From Candidatus Marsarchaeota G1 archaeon BE_D (GTDB taxonomy: Archaea > Thermoproteota > Thermoprotei_A > Marsarchaeales > Marsarchaeaceae), in contig NEXD01000002.1 of the NCBI GenBank assembly GCA_003019595.1, forward strand, positions 13,137-77,136: DNA of 64,000 nt. Direction: 5' to 3'. The position numbers were made by a program, and so were the translations under genes. The notes under the pieces were generated by a model. The model was not told where the DNA came from. It searched no databases and was given only the letters and a program-made list of their open reading frames with translations. Of this stretch, positions 1 through 7,770 are shown in pieces. The stretch's first letter is position 1. Each line of letters starts with the position of its first letter.

Positions 1-295
1 ATAGCCTTTTTTATGACACTGAGCCATTTTACTAAAGCGCCAAAAATCGCCAAAACCACTTTTTCGTCTAAATTCTCTAATTGTGCCACGTGATCTATTG
101 GTGCCACAAGCAAATGACCTGAATTGTATGGGTAAAGATTCATCAAAACAATATGATGAACACCCTTTTCCAAAACATAGTGTTTTTTCTGATCAGTAGC
201 GGCGACAGCATCGCAAATAAAACATCCTTCTTCCTTTTTTCTTTAAACTTCTCTAAATATTCTATTCTCCAAGGAGCCCAAAGCCTTTGCACCAT
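1..295 (-). pseudogene. HIT-family nucleotide hydrolase/phosphorylase, reading frame disrupted; C-terminus lies beyond the window edge
   Basis: Not in the ORF track. Minus-strand translation from ATG at 295 gives MVQRLWAPWRIEYLEKFKEKRKKD. The conserved continuation (G)CFICDAVAATDQKKHYVLEKGVHHIVLMNLYPYNSGHLLVAPIDHV is in the -1 frame. The frame switch lies in or near the A6 run (plus-strand T6 at 235-240). Confidence 0.5.
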
Positions 296-298
296 CAA

Positions 299-670
299 TC
301 ACCTTTTTTGAAGACATTTTTTTCTTCCTGCTTTGTACAGTAATTCAAGTGTCTGGACATATTTTTGCCCTTCTTTTCTTCTTTTCAAAGAACGTATTAT
401 CCCTGTGAGCGTTCCTGATGTGACTAAAGAAAAAAGGTCGCCTATTTCACCAGTCAGCAAAACTGCGGCTCTTAATTGTGGTAAGTACAGATGATTAACC
501 CTTATCACCACCCAATTTTCGTGTTCTAAGATTGGTCTCACAGAAGCTTTGTTGTAGCACAACTTACCAAAAAACGCTTTGAAGGTGCTCGTAATCTGAG
601 TTGAAGTGATGTCGTTGTTCTTAACTACAAAAATGTAGCGCCTTTTTTCATACCTCAAAAAATAACTCAC
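299..670 (-). CDS. rnp2: RNase P protein component 2 (Pop5 family)
   Basis: 123 aa. LRYEKRRYIFV N-terminal motif and TSGTLTG..LKRR C-terminal motif are typical of archaeal Pop5. Adjacent to an Rpp30-like gene, as in the archaeal RNase P/exosome superoperon. Confidence 0.6.
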   Translation of the reverse strand: MSYFLRYEKRRYIFVVKNNDITSTQITSTFKAFFGKLCYNKASVRPILEHENWVVIRVNHLYLPQLRAAVLLTGEIGDLFSLVTSGTLTGIIRSLKRRKEGQKYVQTLELLYKAGRKKCLQKR

Positions 671-1187
671 CTAAGCGTAAAGAATTCGATCTGATAATAC
701 TGTCAACTGTGTTATAACTTTCGTCTATCAAGATTGACAACAACGCTATGCAATCACGAATTGCAGGCGGCGGATCTGTATCGGAGCTTAATATTACACG
801 ATAAAGGTTCTTCTTTATCTCATGATTGAACCATCGGTAGTAATTGGGATTTTGTGAACATTTTTTTAATGTTTTCGGTGTAATTTCTATCCAGCTATTC
901 CTATATGACTTGAATTTTTCAAAAGGATTTGCCCTTATAATCGTGATATCTTTGTAGCGTGCAATCATGTTTTTAGAGTCCCGTCTTTCCATTACACAAT
1001 CTTTAACATCGAAACTAGAAGTGCGCACCTTCCAACCGATGTTTAAAGCTTCCAAAATGGATTCTACGTTTTCTATTTGTTTAACTGAATCAATTTTTAC
1101 TAAACAAAACTTTAAATCATATAAATAAGGATTTAAATTCATTATTACTGATGAGGAAACACAGAAATCGGCATAACTCTTTTTCAA
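648..1187 (-). CDS. rnp3: RNase P protein component 3 (Rpp30 family)
   Basis: 179 aa. YADFCV start and the SSDTDPPPAIRD segment resemble the Rpp30 TIM-barrel. Synteny with Pop5. Confidence 0.5.
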   Translation of the reverse strand: MKKSYADFCVSSSVIMNLNPYLYDLKFCLVKIDSVKQIENVESILEALNIGWKVRTSSFDVKDCVMERRDSKNMIARYKDITIIRANPFEKFKSYRNSWIEITPKTLKKCSQNPNYYRWFNHEIKKNLYRVILSSDTDPPPAIRDCIALLSILIDESYNTVDSIIRSNSLRLGELFFEV

Positions 1188-1621
1188 TTTGGTATTAAAC
1201 CTACCTTTGAAAGAATTGACTTTGGTGGAAGACCCTTAAAATAACCAGAAAAGCTCAGGATCACTTTTATAGCGTCTCCTCTATCGACCAGCTCTTTTTG
1301 TCCATAAAAAGCCTTAAATTTTGAAAACTTTAGAAAGATTCGAGAGCCTTCTGTTCGATTTTCTAAAGTGGATAATAAGTAATCCAAGTCGTGCGGGTTC
1401 ATACTTGCAATAAGCAATTGAGCTGATTTGGCTGCTTTATCGCCTTTTAGTGCTATTTTCATTACTTTTATTACATTGCCATAATGTCCCCTTAACACCT
1501 GTGTAATGGCAACCAACTGTAAGTCAGATGGAACGAATGACTTCAAACATTCGTACACTTTGGCCTCACTCTCAGTTGAGTGACATATCGCACTAACTTC
1601 GTATTGAGAAACTCTAATCAT
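1184..1621 (-). CDS. DUF54/COG1325-type predicted RNA-binding protein (exosome-superoperon associated)
   Basis: 145 aa. ICHSTESEAKV resembles the HaTED motif of this family. Position immediately upstream of rnp3-rnp2. Confidence 0.35.
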   Translation of the reverse strand: MIRVSQYEVSAICHSTESEAKVYECLKSFVPSDLQLVAITQVLRGHYGNVIKVMKIALKGDKAAKSAQLLIASMNPHDLDYLLSTLENRTEGSRIFLKFSKFKAFYGQKELVDRGDAIKVILSFSGYFKGLPPKSILSKVGLIPN

Positions 1622-1729
1622 CCAATTTTTTTATGTTTTTGAGACAAATAAATTCTCCGAAAGGCCTGCCCAAGCATTAAATCAACGTAAAAGATATAGG
1701 TTATTACGAATCTTTTTGAGAGTTGAATT

Positions 1730-2155
1730 ATGACATCAATAACTCGTTTAAAGGCAACGGTATGGAAAAAAATGGTGTGTGAAGAAGATCCTATTTTTGT
1801 TAAGCGCTATCGTGAACGAATGATACAGTGGAGGAGGGAACCAACTGTTCATCGAATCGATAAACCTACAAGAATTGAAAGGGCACGCGCTCTTGGGTAC
1901 CGTGAAAACAAAATGTCAATCGTCGTAAGAGTCAGAATAAGAAAGGGAAACCCATTTCACACGAGACCACGTTCTGGTAGAAGACCAAAAAGAATGGGTG
2001 TGAAAAAGCTCACATATGCTATAAGTGACAAAAAAATTGCTGAACAAAGAGCTCAAAGAAAGTTTACCAATATGAAAGTAATGGGAAGCTATTTGGTAGG
2101 CGAAGATGGTCAATACAAATGGTACGAGGTAATTTTAGTAAGAGAAAAGCAATAG
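1730..2155 (+). CDS. rpl15e: 50S ribosomal protein L15e (unusually short, 141 aa)
   Basis: WRREPTVHRIDKPTRIERARALGYRENK, VRVRIRKG, RPKRMGV and GEDGQYKWYEVILV are L15e signatures. The ORF stops about 50 aa before the usual end. Confidence 0.85.
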   Translation: MTSITRLKATVWKKMVCEEDPIFVKRYRERMIQWRREPTVHRIDKPTRIERARALGYRENKMSIVVRVRIRKGNPFHTRPRSGRRPKRMGVKKLTYAISDKKIAEQRAQRKFTNMKVMGSYLVGEDGQYKWYEVILVREKQ

Positions 2156-2220
2156 GACGTCAGGCTGGGACGGCGATATCACAGGCTACCCTCAAATCGT
2201 CGCGAGCACATCATTCGCCC
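2155..2220 (-). ncRNA. C/D box sRNA (2'-O-methylation guide)
   Basis: Minus strand reads GGGCG-A-AUGAUGU(C)-12 nt-UUGA(D')-9 nt-GUGAUAU(C')-12 nt-CUGA(D)-CGUCC. It has a 5-bp terminal stem (GGGCG/CGUCC), both guides are exactly 12 nt, and it is a GC-rich island in AT-rich DNA. Confidence 0.7.
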
Positions 2221-2279
2221 ATTTCGATAATGGTTTAACAAATAAAAAAGTCTAACCATTTCCTAATGGTGGAACTAGT

Positions 2280-3461
2280 TTGTTAATAGGAATTGTCGGA
2301 AAAACTAATGTAGGAAAATCGACTTTCTTTTCGGCGGCCACGCTTATAGATGTGGAAATAGCAAACAGACCATTTAAAACGATTAAACCAAATCGTGGTA
2401 TTGCTTACGTGAGAACAAAGTGTGTTTGTTCAGAATTAAATGTAAAAGACAAAGTGTGTCACGATGGGATAAGATTTCTACCGGTTGAGCTTTTAGATGT
2501 TGCAGGCCTTGTTCCAGGTGCTCATCTTGGAAGAGGGTTGGGAAACAAGTTCTTGGACGATCTGAGGCAGGCCGATGTTTTTATTCATGTGGTCGACGCA
2601 AGTGGAAGCACGGACGAAGAAGGAAGACCAGTTCAAGCGGGAACAAGGGATCCAATCGAAGACGTGAAGTTTTTAGAAAAAGAACTTGATGAATGGATTG
2701 TTGGACTCTTAAGCAAAGATTGGGAAAAAACTATAAGAGTAGTTGAGCAAGGATCGACAGACATTGTGATGTCACTTTATGAAAAACTATCCGGTTTAGG
2801 TTTTACAAAGCAGTTGATCGAAAAAACTTTAGTGGAACAAGGTCTTTGGAGAAAAAGACCATCGACGTGGACAAAAGACGAGATTAGAACGTTTGTTACA
2901 CGATTAAGAAAAATTGGCAAACCAAGTGTGATAGCCGCTAATAAGGCCGACATTCCGCCTGCTATTGAAAATATAGAGCGGATGCGAAAAACACTTTCTA
3001 TACCGGTTATACCAACAATCGCTGAAGCTGAGCTAGCACTCAGAAAAGCTTCAAAAAAAGGTATAATAAAATACTTACCAGGAGACACAACTTTCGAGAT
3101 GCTTAGCGACAAGATTCCACAAAACCTTAAGGAAGCGCTAGAAAGACTTTCCTTTTTACTGAAAAAATTTCAGGGTACTGGTGTTCAGCAAGCACTAGAA
3201 ACTGCTGTCTTTCATTCATATGATGGGATAGTTGTATATCCAGTAGAAGACATAAACAACTATTCAGACAAAAATGGTAATGTTTTGCCCGATGCGTTTA
3301 TTCTAAAGAAAGGTTCAAAACCTATTGATTTGGCAAGGAAGATTCACACAGATTTGGCAAAGGGTTATTTGTATGCAATAGATGCAAAAACCAAACAAAG
3401 ACTTAGTTCGGACTACGAATTAAGAAATGGCGATGTCATAAAGATTGTGGCAACTGCCTAA
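2280..3461 (+). CDS. YchF/OLA1-family P-loop GTPase/ATPase with C-terminal TGS domain
   Basis: 393 aa. G1 GIVGKTNVGKST, G3 DVAGLV, NKAD, and a C-terminal TGS-like LRNGDVIKI. TTG start. Confidence 0.8.
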   Translation: MLIGIVGKTNVGKSTFFSAATLIDVEIANRPFKTIKPNRGIAYVRTKCVCSELNVKDKVCHDGIRFLPVELLDVAGLVPGAHLGRGLGNKFLDDLRQADVFIHVVDASGSTDEEGRPVQAGTRDPIEDVKFLEKELDEWIVGLLSKDWEKTIRVVEQGSTDIVMSLYEKLSGLGFTKQLIEKTLVEQGLWRKRPSTWTKDEIRTFVTRLRKIGKPSVIAANKADIPPAIENIERMRKTLSIPVIPTIAEAELALRKASKKGIIKYLPGDTTFEMLSDKIPQNLKEALERLSFLLKKFQGTGVQQALETAVFHSYDGIVVYPVEDINNYSDKNGNVLPDAFILKKGSKPIDLARKIHTDLAKGYLYAIDAKTKQRLSSDYELRNGDVIKIVATA

Positions 3462-4684
3462 AAACATTTGTACACTTCTTCGTCTTGTATGTTTTTTGAA
3501 ACAACGCACCCAGGATAAACTTTCACATCGCGACCAATTACAATACCTGGATTAATACTTACATTTACGCCGATTTTCGCTCTAGGTCCAATGAAGCAAC
3601 CAAGTTTAGAAAAACCGCTATCGAACATTTTCCCTGATAATTCCACTTTAACGCTTTTTTCATCGAACCTTAAGTTTGCTGCAATTGTTCCTGCTCCTAT
3701 GTTAACATCTTCCGATATCACACTATCACCAATATAGGATAGGTGGGAAATTTTCGTTCGAGAGTATATTACAGACGCTTTTATTTCGCAACCATTTCCA
3801 ATACGACACTCGTTATCAATATAACTATACGCTCGTAAATAGCTATTTGGTCCTATTGTAACGTTGTTACCGATCCATACAGGTCCTTCGATATAACTCC
3901 CGCTTTTGATCAAACTGCCCTTACCCACATGAACTTTGCCTTTAATCGTCACGTTTTTTTCTATATCACCTTCAATTTTTTGTTCATAAAAGTTGTCTTG
4001 AAAGAACTTATTTACGATTAAGACGTCCCAAGGATATGTAAGGTCTAACCAAGTGGATTTATCAAATTTGACTACTAATATCTTTTCATTTTTCGCGGCC
4101 TCATTTAAAGCGTCCGTTACTTCTAATTCGCCGCGAATAGAAGGTTTAACGCCTTTTAGGAATTTTAGAAAATCTGGTTCAACAAGTAGTACGCCCGCAA
4201 AAACAAGATTTGTTCTTGGTCGCTGGGGTTTTTCGACTATTCTTTTTAAGATGTAAGAGTGGCCAAGTTCTACTACACCATAAGAAGAAGGATTCGATAC
4301 TTCTACGGCACCAATTGTCGCTATGTATGAATGCTTATGGGCTTCAATAAGTTTTTTAATGGAAGGGTGCAGGATTAAGTTGTCTCCGTACTGAATCAAC
4401 GTTCTTTCTCCTGTGTTCTCCAAAATTCTTCTTATGGCATCAGCCGTGCCTAATGGTTTCGGCTGTTCAACTATGTGTATCTTTTTACCTAAAGCCCTTA
4501 AATATAATTCACGAAACTTTGGATTTATTAAAATCGTTTGAGAAGTGACGCCTACTTTATTTTGTTCAGTGAGTTGATGCTCACAAAATGGTTTACCAAG
4601 AAAACGTAGCAAAGGTTTTGGGGTTAGAGCTGTTATTGGATAAAGGCGTGTGCCTAAACCGGCTGCTAGTATAGCACCCCACAA
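3458..4684 (-). CDS. Sugar-1-phosphate nucleotidyltransferase with C-terminal left-handed beta-helix (GlmU/ST0452-like)
   Basis: 408 aa. N-terminal AILAAGLGTRLYPITALTPKPLL motif. Hexapeptide repeats in the C-terminal half. Confidence 0.75.
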   Translation of the reverse strand: MWGAILAAGLGTRLYPITALTPKPLLRFLGKPFCEHQLTEQNKVGVTSQTILINPKFRELYLRALGKKIHIVEQPKPLGTADAIRRILENTGERTLIQYGDNLILHPSIKKLIEAHKHSYIATIGAVEVSNPSSYGVVELGHSYILKRIVEKPQRPRTNLVFAGVLLVEPDFLKFLKGVKPSIRGELEVTDALNEAAKNEKILVVKFDKSTWLDLTYPWDVLIVNKFFQDNFYEQKIEGDIEKNVTIKGKVHVGKGSLIKSGSYIEGPVWIGNNVTIGPNSYLRAYSYIDNECRIGNGCEIKASVIYSRTKISHLSYIGDSVISEDVNIGAGTIAANLRFDEKSVKVELSGKMFDSGFSKLGCFIGPRAKIGVNVSINPGIVIGRDVKVYPGCVVSKNIQDEEVYKCF

Positions 4685-4693
4685 AAAAGTCCC

Positions 4694-5290
4694 CTACTTA
4701 GCTTCTACATTTTGCGGAGCTTCGACGATATGTGTTGGCGGCCTTAGCACTTTCACCTTTCTCACTTCTAATGTGCTAATGTTCGCTATTTTTCTTGCTG
4801 CGGCAAAAATTTCTGAAGTCATTTTCCCAAAAACGAGCTCTTGTGTAAATTGGTCGAAAAGCAGATTTGTAGCTTTGTTTATAAGAATTTCTCCAGCCAC
4901 TTTCCTTATTGCTGTCCTTTTAGATCTGTGTAATCTTCCTTTGCTTATTGCCACAATAAAGATGCGTAAGTGAGCATCGTCTTTCGTAAATACATCTGTT
5001 ATGACTTCGGTTTTTGTAGTCCCACGTCTTGCCATTCCTCTGACAAACTCTCTTGCAAGTTCTAACTGGTCAAATCTTGTTTTTGCTGTGTTATCAGTCA
5101 CTTCTATTATTCTGAACTTAACAAATACATGCGCTTGTCTTATATCACCTGTTATGTCTGAAAGCGAGACAGTTACACGCCTATTCAAAACAGCTTCGGG
5201 TGAAGATGCCAAAATTTTTGGCAAAGGAGCTTGATTAAAGTTGGGTGGCGCACTAACTGATATCCATACTTTTTGAACTTTAGAAGACAT
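4694..5290 (-). CDS. rps3ae: 30S ribosomal protein S3Ae (S1e)
   Basis: 198 aa. KVWISVSAPPNFN and the overall S3Ae pattern. Confidence 0.85.
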   Translation of the reverse strand: MSSKVQKVWISVSAPPNFNQAPLPKILASSPEAVLNRRVTVSLSDITGDIRQAHVFVKFRIIEVTDNTAKTRFDQLELAREFVRGMARRGTTKTEVITDVFTKDDAHLRIFIVAISKGRLHRSKRTAIRKVAGEILINKATNLLFDQFTQELVFGKMTSEIFAAARKIANISTLEVRKVKVLRPPTHIVEAPQNVEAK

Positions 5291-5313
5291 TTTAAAAGTA
5301 AATCAACTCTCCT

Positions 5314-5321
5314 AATTATAA
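5314..5321 (-). promoter_or_regulatory. Putative TATA box for rps3ae
   Basis: Minus strand TTATAATT lies 24-31 nt upstream of the ATG at 5290, consistent with a leaderless or short-leader archaeal transcript. Confidence 0.35.
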
Positions 5322-5400
5322 GCGTTTTACTTAATTACATCCTACTCATCTTTTGGATAAGGTTTCTTTTATAGTAGCTCTTTGATTTATGTACTTATAA

Positions 5401-5540
5401 GGCGCCCATTTGTTCAGCAAAGCTAATACCAGTGAGCCACTACGTCCTAAAAGGCGAAGTTTCCTGGACCATCGCCACACCTTACGTCCACTTTAGTCCA
5501 GGGTAGAGAACAGTTTCAAACTACTCAATGGTGACCCACA
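5401..5540. ncRNA. Candidate structured ncRNA of unresolved class (GC-enriched intergenic block)
   Basis: No ORF. GC content is clearly above the surroundings. Plus-strand ends pair (GGCGCCCAUU / AAUGGUGACC, 7 bp with an internal loop) and are followed by ACAACA. Internal 7-bp helix CCUGGAC/GUCCAGG. Strand and family not determined. Confidence 0.3.
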
Positions 5541-5565
5541 ACAGACGATAAAAAAATTCAATGTT

Positions 5566-5614
5566 TAAAACTTGTCAATTATACCACAAATGCGAGAGAT
5601 GTTGTGGGTGGAGA
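5566..5614 (+). repeat. 49-bp perfect direct repeat, copy 1
   Basis: taaaacttgtcaattataccacaaatgcgagagatgttgtgggtggaga is identical to 7771-7819. Contains the inverted repeat CCACAA-N12-TTGTGG. Confidence 0.9.
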
Positions 5615-5623
5615 GTAAAAAGC

Positions 5624-5872
5624 TCACTCTTTGTCAACCAAAATCTTCAAACACAACTGAAGATCTTCTAAAAATGAATCTATTGTCGAACGAAAGGTTT
5701 TTGAAGACCGAGATGAACATTGCACTATTAGCAGCGTATCACAAACCTTTTGTTCAAATGTTGTGCCGGGAGGCAAATCTTTTACGTCGACAAGTAGAAT
5801 TTTGTTTACTTTACTAGCAAGAATCCTATCATTGAAAAACATTTTCAGGTTTAAATGCCATTTTGCCTCCAT
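5624..5872 (-). CDS. Hypothetical small protein (82 aa), last gene of the rps15-cdc45 operon
   Basis: ATG preceded by AGGTG 8 nt upstream. Starts directly after the cdc45/recJ-like stop. No recognisable family. Confidence 0.4.
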   Translation of the reverse strand: MEAKWHLNLKMFFNDRILASKVNKILLVDVKDLPPGTTFEQKVCDTLLIVQCSSRSSKTFRSTIDSFLEDLQLCLKILVDKE

Positions 5873-5882
5873 TAAAACACAC

Positions 5883-7244
5883 CTAAGTTGGGCTTCCTAA
5901 TTGTACATCAACTTCATCAAAAAACTCTTCGACGTTTTGTGTAGGAATCACCGCTTCTGCCAAATATGGCAGACCCTTGCCTATTCCTCTATACTTTTTC
6001 GCAAGACTATAAAAAATTCGTCCCAAATCATATTGGGTGTCCATAAAGAGGCTTGCGGCCGCAATATAAGATTTTGAACCAATATGGTCAACAACAAGAA
6101 CTGGTTTTTCGCGCGCAGACGAGTGTTGTGCTAATGTTTTGGCAACTCTAAGAGCAATTTCTTTGCTCACGCCTTTTGGACTCAACACATAAAGAGCGTT
6201 CTGTGTTTCTCTCACATATTCTTGCGTCTGAAGAATTTGAATTACGGCGTTTGCCACTTGTGTAACATAAGAGTCAAGAACGTCAAGAACGTCAGAGTAA
6301 ATCTTTTTGTCGTCTATAAGTGCCAATTTGTATATCAAAGAATATTCACCTTTATTCACGCAAGCTTCAAGACAAAAAGTGGTTCCTATTAGATTACGAA
6401 TTGGAGTTTCTAAAGGCAAAGCGGGCGAAATATAATTTGTTCCTATAAATTTTTCTGGCAATTCTTTAAAACCGCTTTCCGACCTTAAACGTGATATTTC
6501 GTCTCTTATAGCTCTAGCTTCTTCACCTGTAAAAATGCCATTCGTTTTTTTAATTAGGCCTCCTTGTGAAAGCTTTTTCACAAGCTTTTGGGCCCCTCTT
6601 TTGTCGCCAGTAACACCAGGTATATAGGGTTCTAATGTCAAAAATAAAGACGTAGAAAGGTCAACTCCTTCTGCTAGAGGAATTTTAGGACTATTAATGC
6701 TTGCCAGATTTCCCTTTGAAACAAACGAATCCAGCATTTCCTTGTTTAGACCAACTAACACATCAGCATCATACACACTTTGTGAAGTAATACTTGCAGC
6801 AACAAGCAAAGGAGCAAGTCTTTGTGTTATCTCAAATTCATCCTTAATTATCATATAGGTCAAACATGCAGTCGAGCCTATAAGAGCGCCATTCAAACCA
6901 AATTTATAAGGATTTATCTTTTCAGAGAAAATGCAATTACATGACGAATTATGAGAAATTTCGAAAACGCTTTCTATAAGAAAATTCTGTGGTATGCAAC
7001 CAAAATTCACCTTTTGACCAACGTATTTATTGAGTTCAATTTCGGTAAAAAGTGGGTTAACAAAATGAGCTGCAAAAGGGATGTTTCTTTTTATCAGAAA
7101 AGCGCTCAAAAGTAATGATGCAATTACAGTGTCAGGCGTGCTTTCCGAAAAAAGATGGATATAATTGTCACTTAAAATGAAAGATTCAATCCTTTTTTTT
7201 GCTCTTTCGATTTCGTTCAACAAAGCTTCGTTCGCGATCGACAT
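5883..7244 (-). CDS. RecJ/Cdc45-like DHH-superfamily protein (probable inactive RecJdbh/Cdc45 type)
   Basis: 453 aa. Located immediately downstream of rps15, the conserved archaeal position of recJ/cdc45. The N-terminal motif region reads HLFSESTPDTVIAS instead of the acidic DHH motif I. Confidence 0.6.
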   Translation of the reverse strand: MSIANEALLNEIERAKKRIESFILSDNYIHLFSESTPDTVIASLLLSAFLIKRNIPFAAHFVNPLFTEIELNKYVGQKVNFGCIPQNFLIESVFEISHNSSCNCIFSEKINPYKFGLNGALIGSTACLTYMIIKDEFEITQRLAPLLVAASITSQSVYDADVLVGLNKEMLDSFVSKGNLASINSPKIPLAEGVDLSTSLFLTLEPYIPGVTGDKRGAQKLVKKLSQGGLIKKTNGIFTGEEARAIRDEISRLRSESGFKELPEKFIGTNYISPALPLETPIRNLIGTTFCLEACVNKGEYSLIYKLALIDDKKIYSDVLDVLDSYVTQVANAVIQILQTQEYVRETQNALYVLSPKGVSKEIALRVAKTLAQHSSAREKPVLVVDHIGSKSYIAAASLFMDTQYDLGRIFYSLAKKYRGIGKGLPYLAEAVIPTQNVEEFFDEVDVQLGSPT

Positions 7245-7280
7245 TAAAGATTATAAAGCAAGGTTTAGTAAAAATCTTTA

Positions 7281-7730
7281 TCAGATAAATGAGGCTGCGC
7301 GTGGCTTATATTTCCAATCTGGTGGCAAAATTCCCTTTCTCTTGTAGTATTTTACTAACCTGTGTATCTTTGATTCTGTTATTTCTAAACCCCTAAGCGA
7401 AGCCTTATCTTTGGGATGCTGTTCCAAATGTTTAATTGTTCTTTCAGCATGAGCGATTAAAGCCTCTAAATCATCGGGTATTCTTTTTTCAATACCGTGG
7501 TCTTTTAAAACTTGTGAAATTGATTTGCCCAAAATGGGCTTGACAAGCGGTATACCTTCTTGGTCTCTTAAGATCTGCCCGATCATCGCTTGTGAATATC
7601 CTTTCTTTGCTAATTCTACAATCATCTTTTCTATGACTTCGGGTTGAACATTAATCCAACTCGGTGCTTCTGGATTAGCAGGACGTTTTGAGTGCGATTT
7701 GCCTTTAGCGGTTTTTTTACGCATAAGCAA
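7281..7730 (-). CDS. rps15: 30S ribosomal protein S15 (S13e)
   Basis: 149 aa. YSQAMIGQILRDQEGIP and HLEQHPKDKASLRGL are S15/S13e signatures. Confidence 0.9.
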   Translation of the reverse strand: MLMRKKTAKGKSHSKRPANPEAPSWINVQPEVIEKMIVELAKKGYSQAMIGQILRDQEGIPLVKPILGKSISQVLKDHGIEKRIPDDLEALIAHAERTIKHLEQHPKDKASLRGLEITESKIHRLVKYYKRKGILPPDWKYKPRAASFI

Positions 7731-7770
7731 CCATCTAATTCACTTTAGATTGCTATATTTAAGCTTGTGG

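Noticed and set aside
1916-2113. Many track ORFs lie antisense to, or nested in, strong genes. Examples: 1916-2113, 2777-3112, 4053-4256, 4650-4973, 5001-5234, 8346-8573, 12369-12713, 14839-15354, 23447-23671, 24759-25106, 29675-29863, 36466-36834, 42959-43342, 44462-44959, 49914-50234, 60228-60641 and others.
   Set aside because: Each overlaps a gene with clear family motifs on the other strand or frame. Their products are low-complexity Ser/Leu/Phe-rich shadows typical of AT-rich DNA, and none has a Shine-Dalgarno motif or recognisable domain.
5572-5817. Track ORFs 5572-5817 (+) and 7740-7928 (-), which run through the two copies of the 49-bp repeat.
   Set aside because: They are on opposite strands, so the shared repeat would be read in unrelated frames. 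One has a TTG start, and neither has a recognisable domain. 5572-5817 also overlaps the better-supported minus-strand 82-aa ORF.
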